DNA of 6,126 nucleotides from Candidatus Odinarchaeia archaeon (GTDB lineage Archaea; Asgardarchaeota; Odinarchaeia; Odinarchaeales; Odinarchaeaceae): NCBI GenBank assembly GCA_029856525.1, contig JAHQXC010000075.1, positions 1 to 6,126 of the forward strand, read 5' to 3'. Shown piece by piece: positions 5,719 to 6,126 of this stretch (position 1 is its first letter; each line of letters starts with the position of its first letter). The notes under the pieces were generated by a model. It saw only the letters and a program-made list of their open reading frames with translations, ran no database searches and was not told where the DNA came from. The position numbers and the translations under genes were made by a program.

Positions 5719-6126
5719 ATGTCCACTAAAAAAACTAGAAAAACCACTTCAGCTAAAACACAGAGTACAGCTAAACAAACAGTAACAGAAGGCCAGAAAG
5801 CCGCCCTAGAGAAAATGGAGTCGACGATGGAGAAACTAGACCAGGAGAAAAAACAGTTAACCGAACAGGTTGCAAAACTCACAAGCGAGAAACAGAAAAT
5901 AGAAACAAAACTATCTAAAAAAGAAGCCGAGCTAAAAGACCTGAAAGAAAAATACACTCAGCTTGAAGCTCAACTGAAAGAAACCGTAACACAGCTTGAA
6001 AACACTAAAAAAGAATATGAAAAAGAAGTAAACTATCTTAAAGCAGACATAGAGGAGAAAAACAGGTTAATCGAACTCTTAAAAACACAGAAAGAAGACC
6101 TAGCTAAACAAATAGAGAGCAGAGCA
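5719..6126 (+). CDS. Coiled-coil protein with basic Ser/Thr-rich N-terminal head, 3'-truncated, not in the ORF track
   Basis: Hand translation, 136 codons open to the window edge: MSTKKTRKTTSAKTQSTAKQTVTEGQKAALEKMESTMEKLDQEKKQLTEQVAKLTSEKQKIETKLSKKEAELKDLKEKYTQLEAQLKETVTQLENTKKEYEKEVNYLKADIEEKNRLIELLKTQKEDLAKQIESRA. An in-frame TAG at 5710-5712 fixes the start. Confidence 0.9.
   Translation, partial: MSTKKTRKTTSAKTQSTAKQTVTEGQKAALEKMESTMEKLDQEKKQLTEQVAKLTSEKQKIETKLSKKEAELKDLKEKYTQLEAQLKETVTQLENTKKEYEKEVNYLKADIEEKNRLIELLKTQKEDLAKQIESRA

Noticed and set aside
5682..5957. 91-aa minus-strand Phe/Ser-rich ORF
   Set aside because: Antisense shadow of the Lys/Glu-rich coiled-coil gene at 5719; its Phe/Ser richness mirrors AAA/GAA codons on the other strand.
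1..6126. rRNA, tRNA, CRISPR array, IS or integrase
   Set aside because: No cloverleaf, regularly spaced repeats, terminal inverted repeats or transposase/recombinase motifs were found, and intergenic gaps are all short.

Overview
AT-rich archaeal chromosomal window. Archaeal origin is supported by GAGGTGA/AGGTG Shine-Dalgarno sites, TTTATATA-type TATA boxes about 25-30 nt upstream of starts, and the gene content. An Asgard-type host is plausible (Roadblock protein, many long coiled coils) but is inference only. Left to right: two tandem paralogous long coiled-coil proteins with a C-terminal winged-helix head (the first is 5'-truncated); a 12-TM MFS transporter preceded by a perfect 9-bp inverted repeat; a convergent 447-aa membrane protein whose motifs suggest an NPP1/Vps62-like domain split by inserted TM helices; a stand-alone encapsulated-ferritin-like protein; a 140-aa hypothetical; a 51-aa small ORF absent from the ORF track; a 92-aa minus-strand hypothetical; a Roadblock/LC7 protein; and a 3'-truncated coiled-coil protein with a basic Ser/Thr-rich head, also absent from the track. 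No rRNA, tRNA, CRISPR array or mobile element was seen. Best leads: the coiled-coil-wH paralog pair, the membrane-split NPP1/Vps62-like protein, and a strand-composition flip near 4.3-4.9 kb.
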